Position numbers and translations under genes: made by a program. A stretch of 64,000 nucleotides of DNA from Bryobacterales bacterium (lineage in GTDB: Bacteria > Acidobacteriota > Terriglobia > Bryobacterales > UBA6623). The DNA lies in contig OY729422.1 in NCBI GenBank assembly GCA_963422305.1, positions 2,792,436 to 2,856,435 of the forward strand, given 5' to 3'. The notes under the pieces are model-generated. The model saw only the letters and a list, made by a program, of their open reading frames with translations, had not been told where the DNA came from and ran no database searches. Positions 19,947 to 29,154 of this stretch are shown one piece after another (the stretch's first letter is position 1; the number at the start of each line of letters is the position of its first letter).

Positions 19947-19967
19947 GGGGGGGCGGGGGGGGGCGGG
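19947..19967. repeat. G-rich homopolymer tract G7-C-G9-C-G3 in a convergent intergenic region
   Basis: Read directly: GGGGGGGCGGGGGGGGGCGGG. Confidence 0.9.
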
Positions 19968-20049
19968 TGTGCAGCAGACAGTGGAGCGCACCCGCCGATC
20001 GGCCGCAGGATCCGCAACGGCAACATCGGGCAGGGCAGTGAAGCCGGCC

Positions 20050-21657
20050 TCAGTCTTCCGGTAACCCGAAGCAATACAGCGTAGATGAGAAATCGACTGC
20101 ATAGATATGCCCGGCCGCGACGGCGATGCCGGTGAAATGGCTCCAGGTCTCGAAGACATCCGGACCGGAATCGTAGAGCACCTTCCCGGTTTGGGCGTCG
20201 AGAGCGCGCAGCCGGGCGTTGGCTTCGTGATCGGTACGCTGCGAATCTTTCAGAAGCTCCTCGGAGTTGAATTCCCCGAAAGGCATGATTCCCGCGTTGA
20301 TTGATTGCCGAGCGTTCTCGCCGTTCGACAGAACGAACGCCACTTCATTAGCGATCGCGACGGGCTCCGGCACGGCGGAATCGCCGCTGACCCACTCAGG
20401 CTTGAGATAGGGTTTACTGGATTCAGGATGGTCCGCCACCGTAAAAGCCATGACCGAGCCGTTCGGATTCGGGCCGTTCACGATCGGGAAATCGGGCGCC
20501 TTTACGGACATCGGCCCCCAGGTCGGCGCATAGACCCAGACCTTGTTCCGGTCGTCCACATAGCTCGAAAAACCGCCCCAGAGACCCTTTGCCTCGAACC
20601 ATTCGTCGTCGTTCGATAGCAACGGGGTGGTGTACAGATTGTCGTGGTGGGTCATGCCGCCCATGTCGTCGGCGGCCATCAGGTACAGTACGCCTTCCTT
20701 GCCGCCGATGACGACGAGCTCCCGCCCCTTGTACTCGATCACGACGGCGGAGGCCGTGATATCAAAATCGCGTTTCCAGACGTATTCCCAGTTCGCTGGC
20801 GTGAAGTAATCTTCCAACTCGAGGGTGTCGGGGTTGAGTCGAAACATCGTATTGCCGAAGATGCGCAGTCCCGGATTGTAGGGAGCGTCGCCTGTGCCGG
20901 CATAAATTCCGCCGTCCCTGCCGATGGCCGCGCCGCCCCGCCCCCATACGCCAGCGCCGTATTCGGGCGTCGCGCGCCAGACGCGGATCACGATGTTTTC
21001 CGGATTGGAAACGTCGATTGAGGACACGCCCGAGACCGTATCGCCGCAGTTCTGAGACAAGGTCGTGTAGAGCACATCCCCGATGCGGTTCAAGCTCCAG
21101 GCCTTGGCGAAAGCCGGAACCCATTGCTGAGAGCGGAATTTCTCCTCCCCCGTGGCCAAGTCGAGGGCATAGAGGCGCCCATCGGTCGAAACGGCGTATA
21201 TGACATTCTTGGCGATATCGACGGTCGGCGTGGCGTTCAGCCCTTTGGGGCACAACCACATGCCGGGGGCCTTATTGACCACGTCGGTCTTGAATTTTTT
21301 CTCCCAGACAATCTCCCCGTTCGCCGCGTCGATGGCGTAGAAAACGTCTCCTGTTCCAGCGGTATAGACCAAGTCTTTGCGCGCGCGCCGCTCTCCGCCG
21401 GTGCGCACGTAGGTTACGACGATGGGCGCGGTCAACGCGGCCAACGACTTCGGCTCGTTCTCGACCGTTGTCTTCCACTTGAGGACCAGGCTACCGACGT
21501 TTTCCCGGTTCAGAATGACCTCGGAGCGGGCCCAGCCGCTGCGCCGGGCGTCGTAGCCGAACGTCGGCCAGTCGCCCGCCGGACACGGCGGCGTTGCAAC
21601 GAGCAACAGGAACGGCGCGAGCCAATGTACTTTCATGAGTAGCGATCCTTTCATGGG
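20050..21657 (-). CDS. Secreted PQQ-like / BamB-like beta-propeller repeat protein
   Basis: Start chosen at MKGSLLMKVHWLAPFLLLVATPPCPA (signal peptide). Repeated ...VYTAGTGDVFYAIDAANGEIVW, IYAVSTDGRLYALDLATGEE and HIYAVDFSSTLYCF blocks are typical of PQQ-like propeller blades. Confidence 0.8.
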   Translation of the reverse strand, partial: PMKGSLLMKVHWLAPFLLLVATPPCPAGDWPTFGYDARRSGWARSEVILNRENVGSLVLKWKTTVENEPKSLAALTAPIVVTYVRTGGERRARKDLVYTAGTGDVFYAIDAANGEIVWEKKFKTDVVNKAPGMWLCPKGLNATPTVDIAKNVIYAVSTDGRLYALDLATGEEKFRSQQWVPAFAKAWSLNRIGDVLYTTLSQNCGDTVSGVSSIDVSNPENIVIRVWRATPEYGAGVWGRGGAAIGRDGGIYAGTGDAPYNPGLRIFGNTMFRLNPDTLELEDYFTPANWEYVWKRDFDITASAVVIEYKGRELVVIGGKEGVLYLMAADDMGGMTHHDNLYTTPLLSNDDEWFEAKGLWGGFSSYVDDRNKVWVYAPTWGPMSVKAPDFPIVNGPNPNGSVMAFTVADHPESSKPYLKPEWVSGDSAVPEPVAIANEVAFVLSNGENARQSINAGIMPFGEFNSEELLKDSQRTDHEANARLRALDAQTGKVLYDSGPDVFETWSHFTGIAVAAGHIYAVDFSSTLYCFGLPED

Positions 21658-22183
21658 GCGTCGGCGGAATGCCTGCCTGAAGACTCCGGACGGCCGGACG
21701 ATGTTCCGAGGAGCAGCCGCCGGTCGAGTTGCTTGCGGTCCGCTTGCAGTTGTTGGTACTCCTTCGGTTGCTCGCACTGGGTTGAGGTTTTGCCGACCTC
21801 GCGGTACGCCCGAGCGATCCGGCAGCGCGGAAGCGGATCGGGCGGATCCAGTTCGACGGCTTTCTCCAGGCGGCCCATCGCCTTTTCGACGCGCTTCATA
21901 TCGAGCAGAACCCGTCCGCGAGCCAAGTGCGCTTCTCCGAATTCGGGTCGCAGCCGGACAGCCTGTTCATATTAGCGCAGACCGGGGAGGTCAGGATCAT
22001 TGTCCAGGGCTTTGTGGTGCGATTCGCGAAGTTGTTGTTCTTCAGAACTTGGAGCTGAGCGGCCGTGACTTCCGCGGGATCGAGTTCCGCTTTCGGCTCC
22101 GTGGAATGCTCGGCGCAGGGAAGCGGCGCGGCGGCGGCAACCGCGATCGCGGCAAGGCTGCGGAATAGGACGAACCGCATCAT
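21651..22183 (-). pseudogene. Possible disrupted small TPR lipoprotein gene (frame change plus in-frame TAA)
   Basis: ORF 21896-22183 begins with a coupled start (ATGA overlap with the upstream gene) and a signal/lipobox-like MMRFVLFRSLAAIAVAAAAPLPC. TPR-like sequence (HHKALDNDPDLPGLR*YEQAVRLRPEFGEAHLARGRVLLDMKRVEKAMGRLEKAVELDP) lies in another frame and is interrupted by TAA near 21973. Confidence 0.35.
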
Positions 22184-23184
22184 GACCCTTTCACGCCGGA
22201 TCCGGCAGCTGTTTCCTGCCCCGGCTCGGTCTTCGCAATCGTCTGCTCAATAAAACGGCGGGCCGAGTCGGCTGCGCGTTCTGCATCCGCTGGTTCCGGC
22301 GTCAATTCCGCGAATTTCACCATATCGGCATGACGGAGAAATTCCTTCAGCAGGTCTTTGTGTGCCCGCTCGACGGCGTGTGAGTCGCGCATCGCTTCGA
22401 GAAATTCCTCGGTCGTCTGCTCGGGAGCGCACAAACCGAAACGGTCTTCCATATAGTGCCGTAAAAGGTCTGAGAGTCGCCTGTAAAACGGCTTGATAAT
22501 GCCTTTTGAAGGCAGGTCTTCGGCAAGCAGCGCCCGCAGAACCGCGAGCGCGGTTTCATGAGGCAGGGGCGGCGGAGGCGCCGCCGCTTCTTGCTTGCGC
22601 TTTCGCCACCGGAGATATCCCGCAACGGCGGCGGCCGCCGCCGGTCCGCCCAAGGCCCACCACCACCAAGGCGCCGGGATGTCCACCGGATCGCCGATAT
22701 CCCGCAACTCGGAGTTCTCGGGATCGTCCAGAACGCTTGTTACTGTGACTGTTACCGGGTCCGTCTTGATTTCCGATGAGTCATTCAGTACAACGGCAAG
22801 GGCGGGGATATCGAATTCTCCGGGCAGGAACGGTTCGAGCTCGTAGCGGTGGCCGTGAGTCACGCGGTCTTCCGCACCCAACCGGGCCGGCGCCGGCTCG
22901 TCGTTCACCGACTCGAATTCGCCGAAGCTCGATGCCGGATTCGGGAACGCAACCCGGTCGGACTCCGCTGCTTCCACTTCCAGCGTCAAAAGCAGTCTGT
23001 CGACGGTTGACAAGGCGCGGCGGTCCAGCGTCAAAGTCAGCGTTGCGCCGTCCGCTTTATAGACCTGCTCAATGCTTTCGACGGGTTCTCGGTCCGCGGT
23101 CGAACAGCTCAGCAGGCAGCCCGCGAAGGCCGCCGCCGAGAGCAGCCCGCATGTTCGCCGGTGGGACGGTTTGACCGCGCTCAC
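22180..23184 (-). CDS. Membrane-anchored BatD-like / DUF4381-like protein of the MoxR-DUF58 operon
   Basis: 334 aa. Lipoprotein-like N-terminus (AFAGCLLSCS), beta-rich ectodomain and a single TM (PAPWWWWALGGPAAAAAVAGYL). Cytoplasmic tail ALAVLRAL...FYRRLSDLLRHYMEDRFGL.APEQTTEEF resembles DUF4381. 4-nt overlaps with both neighbours. Confidence 0.55.
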   Translation of the reverse strand: MSAVKPSHRRTCGLLSAAAFAGCLLSCSTADREPVESIEQVYKADGATLTLTLDRRALSTVDRLLLTLEVEAAESDRVAFPNPASSFGEFESVNDEPAPARLGAEDRVTHGHRYELEPFLPGEFDIPALAVVLNDSSEIKTDPVTVTVTSVLDDPENSELRDIGDPVDIPAPWWWWALGGPAAAAAVAGYLRWRKRKQEAAAPPPPLPHETALAVLRALLAEDLPSKGIIKPFYRRLSDLLRHYMEDRFGLCAPEQTTEEFLEAMRDSHAVERAHKDLLKEFLRHADMVKFAELTPEPADAERAADSARRFIEQTIAKTEPGQETAAGSGVKGS

Positions 23185-24056
23185 CGCCGCCGCTCCCGTT
23201 TGCGGAACAGTAGCATCAGATCGCGGACATAGTCCTCTCCGGTTTCCACTGCGACCTGATCGATGCTCATCGAGCGGAAAAGCTCGCGCAGGGCATTTTG
23301 CCGCCGCGCGGCGGTTTCTGCGTATCGGTTGCGAATTTTCCGGCTGGAGGTGTCCACGAGTACGCGCTTACCCGTCTCCGCGTCTTCCAACTCGACCAAG
23401 CCCACGTCGGGCAACGCCGCCTCGCGCGGGTCGGCGATCGAAACCGCGATCAGATCGTGGCGTCGGGCAACGATGCCCAGAGGTTTACGGTAGTCCGAAG
23501 CAAAAAAGTCGGAGACAAGGAAAACGACGCCCTTCTTATGCGTAATCCGGCCGAGATAGTCCAGCGCCTCGGCGATATCTGTTCCGCGGCCTTGCGGACG
23601 AAAGTTCAGTAGGTCTCGAATCAGCCGGAGGACGTGCGAGCGCCCCTTATTAGGAGCAACGAACAACTCGACGCGGTCGGTGAAAACGACCAAGCCGACC
23701 TTATCGTTGTTCTTGATCGCCGAAAACGCCAGTAGAGCGCACAATTCGGCGGCGACTTCGTTCTTGAGCTGCGCGCGGCTGCCGAACGAGCCCGATGCCG
23801 AGAGATCGACCATCAGCCAGACCGTCAACTCACGCTCTTCCACGTAGCGTTTTACGAACGGGCGCCCCATGTGGGCGGTGACGTTCCAGTCGATCGTGCG
23901 GATTTCGTCCCCGGGCGTGTATTCGCGGACCTCGTCAAATTCCATCCCGCAGCCCTTGAAGACCGAGTGGTACTCGCCGGCCAGCACGTCGTTGACGGCC
24001 TTGCCTGTCTGAATTTCGATCAGACGGATTTTTTTCGCCAGCTTTTTCGAGATCAT
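23181..24056 (-). CDS. DUF58 domain protein (vWA-like, MoxR partner)
   Basis: 291 aa. GEYHSVFKGCGMEFDEVREYTPGDEIRTIDWNVTA..PFVKRY.EERELTVWLMVDLSASG is the canonical DUF58 signature. Confidence 0.85.
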   Translation of the reverse strand: MISKKLAKKIRLIEIQTGKAVNDVLAGEYHSVFKGCGMEFDEVREYTPGDEIRTIDWNVTAHMGRPFVKRYVEERELTVWLMVDLSASGSFGSRAQLKNEVAAELCALLAFSAIKNNDKVGLVVFTDRVELFVAPNKGRSHVLRLIRDLLNFRPQGRGTDIAEALDYLGRITHKKGVVFLVSDFFASDYRKPLGIVARRHDLIAVSIADPREAALPDVGLVELEDAETGKRVLVDTSSRKIRNRYAETAARRQNALRELFRSMSIDQVAVETGEDYVRDLMLLFRKRERRR

Positions 24057-24082
24057 GGACAGCGGATCAGCGCGCCGTGCAG

Positions 24083-25072
24083 TCAGGGAACATCGACAGT
24101 GTCCAGCACTCTCTTGATGAGGTCTTCCGGCGTCAATTCTTCCGCCTCGGCCTCGTAGGTAACCATCACCCGGTGTCGCAGCACGTCGTAGGCGACGGAT
24201 TTGACATCCTGAGGCGTCACGTATCCGCGACCCTGGAGCAACGCCCCCGCCCGCGAGGCCATCGCGAGGAAGATCGTCGCGCGCGGCGATGCTCCGTGGC
24301 GTATCAACTCGGCGATATCGAGACTGTACTGGCCGGGGTTGCGGGTGGCTTCGATGATGGAGACGATGTACTCCTCGATCTTGGCGTCCATGTAAATTTC
24401 GTCCGCCAGCGCTCGAAGTCGAACGATATCTCCCGGCTCGACGATCGAGGCGATTTCATGGGCGTTGTTGGAACGCGCCATGCGCCTGAGAATCTTCAAT
24501 TCCTGCTCTTTCGACGGGTAGCTGATGCGCAGCTTGAGCATGAAGCGGTCGACCTGGGCTTCCGGAAGAGGATAGGTTCCTTCCTGTTCGATCGGATTCT
24601 GGGTCGCCAGCACGAGAAAAGGCTGCGGCAAGGCGAAGGTCTCGTCGCCGATCGTGACCTGACGCTCCTGCATCGCCTCCAGCAAAGCGCTCTGCACCTT
24701 CGCCGGCGCCCGGTTGATCTCGTCCGCGAGGACGATGTTAGCGAACACCGGACCTTTCTTGACGGTGAATTCGCCGGTTTTAGGACTGTAAATCAAGGTG
24801 CCGATCAAGTCCGCCGGCAATAGGTCCGGAGTGAACTGAATGCGTTGAAACGAAGCTCGGACCGCCTGGGCCAAGGTCGTGATCGAGAGTGTTTTGGCCA
24901 GCCCCGGAACGCCTTCGATCAAAACATGGTTATTGCAAAGCAAGGCCAGCAGAAGGCCGTCGATTAACTCTTCTTGCCCGACGATAACCTTGCCTATTTC
25001 TTCCCGTATTCGCGACAGTAACGGAGCTTCGGACTCCACGCTCTCATTAATCGCCTTGACGTCGACGGACAA
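24083..25072 (-). CDS. MoxR family AAA+ ATPase
   Basis: 329 aa. Walker A LIEGVPGLAKT, Walker B VLADEINRAPAKVQSALLEAMQE, and ATQNPIEQEGTYPLPEAQVDRF. Confidence 0.92.
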   Translation of the reverse strand: MSVDVKAINESVESEAPLLSRIREEIGKVIVGQEELIDGLLLALLCNNHVLIEGVPGLAKTLSITTLAQAVRASFQRIQFTPDLLPADLIGTLIYSPKTGEFTVKKGPVFANIVLADEINRAPAKVQSALLEAMQERQVTIGDETFALPQPFLVLATQNPIEQEGTYPLPEAQVDRFMLKLRISYPSKEQELKILRRMARSNNAHEIASIVEPGDIVRLRALADEIYMDAKIEEYIVSIIEATRNPGQYSLDIAELIRHGASPRATIFLAMASRAGALLQGRGYVTPQDVKSVAYDVLRHRVMVTYEAEAEELTPEDLIKRVLDTVDVP

Positions 25073-25110
25073 AGCACTCTACCTCCAAATCCGATGGATA
25101 TTTTTCTATG

Positions 25111-26031
25111 CTATCCCACCAGGGCAAAGGCTTTTTTCATGGCTCGGGCGGTGGTTGCGCCGGCTTGCTCGTCGCCCATTGCGTTCAACAGTTTATTGAA
25201 CGGCTCGGCGCGGACCGGACCGTCATATCCGATTTCCGCAAGGGCGCCGAGAAATGCTTTGGCGTCGATCATGCCGGTGGACAAGGGCAGCTCGCGCTGG
25301 TTGTCCCGTTGCCGGTCGCGCTCGATGCCGTTGGGTGCGTCGTTGAGGTCTGCGGAGACGATATCGCCGTTCGAGAGGGCCCGGATGTCGTCCGCAGTTT
25401 CGTACGCCGTCCACCAATGCCAACTGTCAATGACCAATCCGATGTTGGACTTGCCGGTTTCCCTAATGAGTGCTCGGCATTCGGCCATCGAATGCACAAA
25501 GGCGTGGCGGCGCGCGGTCCAAAGGTGCTTGGTGCCGAGATACTCCAGGCCCAGGCGGAGGCCGTGATCTTCCAACACGGAACCGACCTCGCGCAGCCGA
25601 CGGGAAGTTTGCTTGAAGTTTTCAAGATAGTTGAGCGTGTCGCTGCTCGATGAAATCGCGGTCCCTACCCGAGTGGCTCCGGCTCGATGCAATGCTTGAG
25701 CCTCCTGCGGCAGATTCTTTAGACCATCGGAGAATGTGTCTTCATCGCCGCGCAAGTTCACCGAAAGGCTCGCGGCCGCCCATTGCAAATTGCTCGACTT
25801 CAGCGCTTCGACGTAGCGCGAAACGCCCTCTTGCAGCAACTGTCGGCCGAACGGTTGGACGGATTCGAAGCCGTGCTTCGCGGCCAATTCGATCGAGCGC
25901 CCCTGGTCGGCCTTGATACCGATGCTGCCCGGAATGAATGCAATGGTGAATTTCCTGTCGGCTGCCGCCACGCCCGCGGCCGTCGCCACGAGGCTCCCGC
26001 AAAGAAACTGCCGTCGAGTGCTTTCCGCCAT
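25111..26031 (-). CDS. Xylose-isomerase-like TIM-barrel protein with Tat leader
   Basis: 306 aa. MAESTRRQFLCGSLVATAAGVAAA leader. GFESVQP, LGLEYL, VIDSWHWW and VRAEPF motifs. Confidence 0.8.
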   Translation of the reverse strand: MAESTRRQFLCGSLVATAAGVAAADRKFTIAFIPGSIGIKADQGRSIELAAKHGFESVQPFGRQLLQEGVSRYVEALKSSNLQWAAASLSVNLRGDEDTFSDGLKNLPQEAQALHRAGATRVGTAISSSSDTLNYLENFKQTSRRLREVGSVLEDHGLRLGLEYLGTKHLWTARRHAFVHSMAECRALIRETGKSNIGLVIDSWHWWTAYETADDIRALSNGDIVSADLNDAPNGIERDRQRDNQRELPLSTGMIDAKAFLGALAEIGYDGPVRAEPFNKLLNAMGDEQAGATTARAMKKAFALVG

Positions 26032-26077
26032 AGCGTTGCTACTTTAACAAATGAGCCGCTGTCTTGTTCGTAAACCG

Positions 26078-27079
26078 CTACGGCACGTCGGCGAGCGGAA
26101 CGCGAACGTACTTGATCCGTTCGCGTTTCCATGTGTAGGTCATATGCAAATCGCCGCTGCTGCCTTGGATGAGCGCTGGGTAGGAATATTCCCCCGGCTC
26201 CGTCTCGAGATCGAGAAACGGTTTCCAGGAATCGCCGTCGTCGTTCGAAACGGCAAGATTCAAGGGCGTGCGGCCTTTCGCCGTGTGGTTGTAGATCATC
26301 ACTGCGCGGCCGTCGGCGAGCTTGACCGCATCGATGCCTGCGTTGGGATTCGGTAACTCGATTTCGCGGGCCGGAGTCCAACTGCTGCCGCCGTCGAAAG
26401 AATCTGCGTAGCAGATCGAGCCAATATTCCGCGCCCGCGTGAACATGCGGATACCTCCGCTTGACAGCGGAATCAAGGTGGGTTGAATGATGCCGTAGGG
26501 TTCGCGGGTGTGGCTCACGGGACCGTGCTTCGTCCAGGATTGCCCATGGTCGGTCGACCGCTCGACCCAGGCCGACCAGGATCGGTAACTTTCGACCGAT
26601 GTCCCGGCCAGGACGTCGCCGTTCGGCAAAATCAGCGGCTTGGCCCGGATCGGCCCCAGCAATCCTGCGGGAAGCGGCTTAGGATCAGACCAAGTCCGGC
26701 CGTCGTCGTCCGACCGCCGGTAGGCGCCGGTCCATTGGCGGGGGTCGGTCCCGAATTTGTAGAACAGCCAAGTCATGCCGTCCAGCGTGCGGAATAGCAC
26801 AGGGTTCCATGTGGGCGTGTTCTCGTGGCGCGCCATCTCTTCGGGGGGCGACCAGCCGCCGGAGCCCCGCCGCGCCATCCAGATGGCGACATCGGGATGT
26901 TTTTCGCGCGTACCGCCGAACCATGCCGCGAGGATCTCCCCGTCCTTGGTTTCCATTACGGTCGAAGCGTGGCATTGCGCGAACGGGGCGATGGTGAAAA
27001 CGAATTCTTCGCGCGGCGCGGCGGCAGCCGTGCTTGAAACAAGACAGAAAGCCAACAATTTTCGAATCTGCGCAGTCAT
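26078..27079 (-). CDS. BNR/Asp-box repeat glycosyl hydrolase, sialidase (GH33)-like, secreted
   Basis: 333 aa with a signal peptide. Four Asp-boxes: SDDDGRTWS, STDHGQSWT, SFDGGSSWT, SNDDGDSWK. Confidence 0.8.
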   Translation of the reverse strand: MTAQIRKLLAFCLVSSTAAAAPREEFVFTIAPFAQCHASTVMETKDGEILAAWFGGTREKHPDVAIWMARRGSGGWSPPEEMARHENTPTWNPVLFRTLDGMTWLFYKFGTDPRQWTGAYRRSDDDGRTWSDPKPLPAGLLGPIRAKPLILPNGDVLAGTSVESYRSWSAWVERSTDHGQSWTKHGPVSHTREPYGIIQPTLIPLSSGGIRMFTRARNIGSICYADSFDGGSSWTPAREIELPNPNAGIDAVKLADGRAVMIYNHTAKGRTPLNLAVSNDDGDSWKPFLDLETEPGEYSYPALIQGSSGDLHMTYTWKRERIKYVRVPLADVP

Positions 27080-27136
27080 CGCGTCCGGCTGCCCTCCAGC
27101 TTATATGAGCCGGTTCGCAACCGCAAGAGTCAGTGA

Positions 27137-27199
27137 ATAGTGGATAGCAAGACCTTTGCGCGGGACGGCAAGACACCGCGGGAGCTCGACCCGCCTTCC
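27137..27199. repeat. Copy A of a roughly 55-60 nt intergenic repeat (ATAGTGGATAGCAAGA...GGGACGGnAAGAC...GCCTTCC)
   Basis: Alignment by eye with 33635-33689. It lies in the divergent sialidase/vWA promoter region. Confidence 0.5.
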
Positions 27200-27242
27200 A
27201 CGTGACTTTCACCACGGGTTTCCGGGTGCTAAGATTCCGGAC

Positions 27243-28067
27243 ATGCAAGGCAGCATTGGGAAGTCGTTCAAGTGGCTTGCTCTCGCCGCCGCCTTCGCGC
27301 CGAGCCTGTACGCCCAAGAAGCCGCGTTGCGCGTAACTGCATTCGACGAAAAGACGGGCGAGACCGTCGGCGGGCTTTCGCCCGAGCATTTTATCGTCAC
27401 TGACGACAAAAGGGCGCTGCGCGTGGAAGCAGTCAAACCGGCGCAGGGTATGCTCGATGTTCTACTGCTGGCTGATGCCAGCCTTGTGGGCGAGATCGTG
27501 CGGCCGTTCGTCCCGGCATTCATCGACCGCCTCGGATCCGGCGAGCAGATGGCGCTCGTCACTTACCACAATTACGCCGACTTGGCGCAAGACTTCACTG
27601 CCGGCAAGCAACTGCTGCATCGAGCGGCTGCTAATGTTCGTTACGGCAATGCGCCGCGCGTGTTGGATGCGGTCTTCGCTTCGATTGACGGCGGCTTCGA
27701 GAAAAGCGCCGGGCGCAGGGTGGTCATGATGTTGTCCGCCGGCATTGAGGACCGCAGCCGCAGCTCCCAATCCGAGGCGCTTGCGCTGGTGAGGGAGAAA
27801 GGCGTTTCTATCTATTCGGTATTCGTCCAGGCAAAGGCCCGAGGCTTGTTCAAAACCCTCTCGATGCGTTCCGGAGGCGCCTATTTTCACGCTAAGCGGT
27901 TCAAGGGCGGCCCGCAGGCGCTCAGCGAGCTTGTTTTCGCCGCGGCGCGCGGGCAATATGAACTGACCGTCAGCGGCGCCCGACTGCTCAGCAACCGCGT
28001 CCAGGTCAAGGTAGCCAAGCCACAGTCGAAACGGAAGATCGCCGCATCGGCCCTCGTTCTGGAATAG
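27243..28067 (+). CDS. vWA domain protein (acidobacterial VWFA-related type), secreted
   Basis: ATG 27243 gives the signal peptide MQGSIGKSFKWLALAAAFAPSLYAQ. VLLLADASL...MALVTYHNYADL...VVMMLSAGIEDRS...GVSIYSVFV matches the vWA beta-alpha pattern. Confidence 0.75.
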   Translation: MQGSIGKSFKWLALAAAFAPSLYAQEAALRVTAFDEKTGETVGGLSPEHFIVTDDKRALRVEAVKPAQGMLDVLLLADASLVGEIVRPFVPAFIDRLGSGEQMALVTYHNYADLAQDFTAGKQLLHRAAANVRYGNAPRVLDAVFASIDGGFEKSAGRRVVMMLSAGIEDRSRSSQSEALALVREKGVSIYSVFVQAKARGLFKTLSMRSGGAYFHAKRFKGGPQALSELVFAAARGQYELTVSGARLLSNRVQVKVAKPQSKRKIAASALVLE

Positions 28068-28080
28068 GAGGCTGACTTTA

Positions 28081-28989
28081 CTATTCCGTCGCGCCGCCGG
28101 CGCCCCGCGGACGGTCTTTCGGCGTCGCCAGATAACCTGCGATCTGTTCCTTGTCAATTTTGTTGACGACCAACTCGTAGGGGGCGCGCGATCCGATGAC
28201 ATAGAACTGCACCGGTTCGAGCAGAGTCTTGCGACGTTTCTCGATCCTTTTGTCGTCCGCCCAAAGCTCGATCGAGTAGCGGTTCCTCTTGCGGTCCGTT
28301 CCGGTCAGCTTGATACGGATCGGACCCACTTTGCTGGGTTGTCTGCTCTTACGCATGTCGAACTCGTAATAGTCCCTCTCACCCAAACTTTTCAGTGCCG
28401 CGAGCTCTTCGCCGTTGGTCGCGATCAGTCCGCTCTGCACACCGAGATCGCCACGTACGCTCGACAGATCGGCGATGGTTTTCTCCAACTCGGCTTTGGT
28501 CTTGTCGACCTCTTCCTTGACCGTCGTTACGCGACCGTCGAGCGAGCCGACTTTGCTTGTCGTGTCCTCTTCGAACTCTTCCAGTCTGCCGCCGACCGCG
28601 CTGATTCTTGCTTGTTGGTTGGCTGCGGTTTCCTCGAGTTTCTTCTCGATGGCGCCAGCCCGACCTAATGCCCGACTTTCGACCTGGAGCGTGCGCCGGC
28701 TCAGCTCCTTTTCCGCCGAGACGACTAAATTTTTGACCTCGCCGACTTTCGAGTCGAGCTGGGTGGATGTCCGCTCGACGCTGCCGTCCAGCAATGCCAG
28801 TCTCTCGTCGACGACCGTAAATTGCTGGACGACTTCGTCTCGCAGAGACTGAATCTCGAGATAGGAATATACGTTGGCGCCAACGAGCAGCGCGATGGCC
28901 GCCAGCAAAATGATTGCGATCGGAGGCACGGAACCTTCGCCGGCGTTTGCGGCCGTCCTCCGGTCCGATCGGACAATTATATTAGACAC
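28081..28989 (-). CDS. Hypothetical membrane-anchored coiled-coil protein
   Basis: 302 aa. One N-terminal TM (PPIAIILLAAIALLVGANVY), a long heptad-like region and a basic C-terminal domain. No motif recognised. Confidence 0.55.
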   Translation of the reverse strand: MSNIIVRSDRRTAANAGEGSVPPIAIILLAAIALLVGANVYSYLEIQSLRDEVVQQFTVVDERLALLDGSVERTSTQLDSKVGEVKNLVVSAEKELSRRTLQVESRALGRAGAIEKKLEETAANQQARISAVGGRLEEFEEDTTSKVGSLDGRVTTVKEEVDKTKAELEKTIADLSSVRGDLGVQSGLIATNGEELAALKSLGERDYYEFDMRKSRQPSKVGPIRIKLTGTDRKRNRYSIELWADDKRIEKRRKTLLEPVQFYVIGSRAPYELVVNKIDKEQIAGYLATPKDRPRGAGGATE

Positions 28990-29154
28990 TACTGAATGTA
29001 CCTCTTGTTGAATTTCGATGACAGCACCATACTCACTTTACCAGTTTATGACGAGTCGAACGCTCTTGATGGTTTCACCCGGAGACGCAAAACCCGATCC
29101 GTCCGGGAGCACGATTTCCCACTCGCGGCCCGCCGGTGTTACGCTGGTGCTTCC

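Noticed and set aside
11092-27079. A sialic-acid utilisation locus, linking the DapA/NanA-family aldolase at 11092 with the BNR sialidase-like gene at 26078.
   Set aside because: The genes are 15 kb apart on opposite strands with unrelated operons between them. The aldolase cannot be distinguished from other DHDPS-family members by eye.
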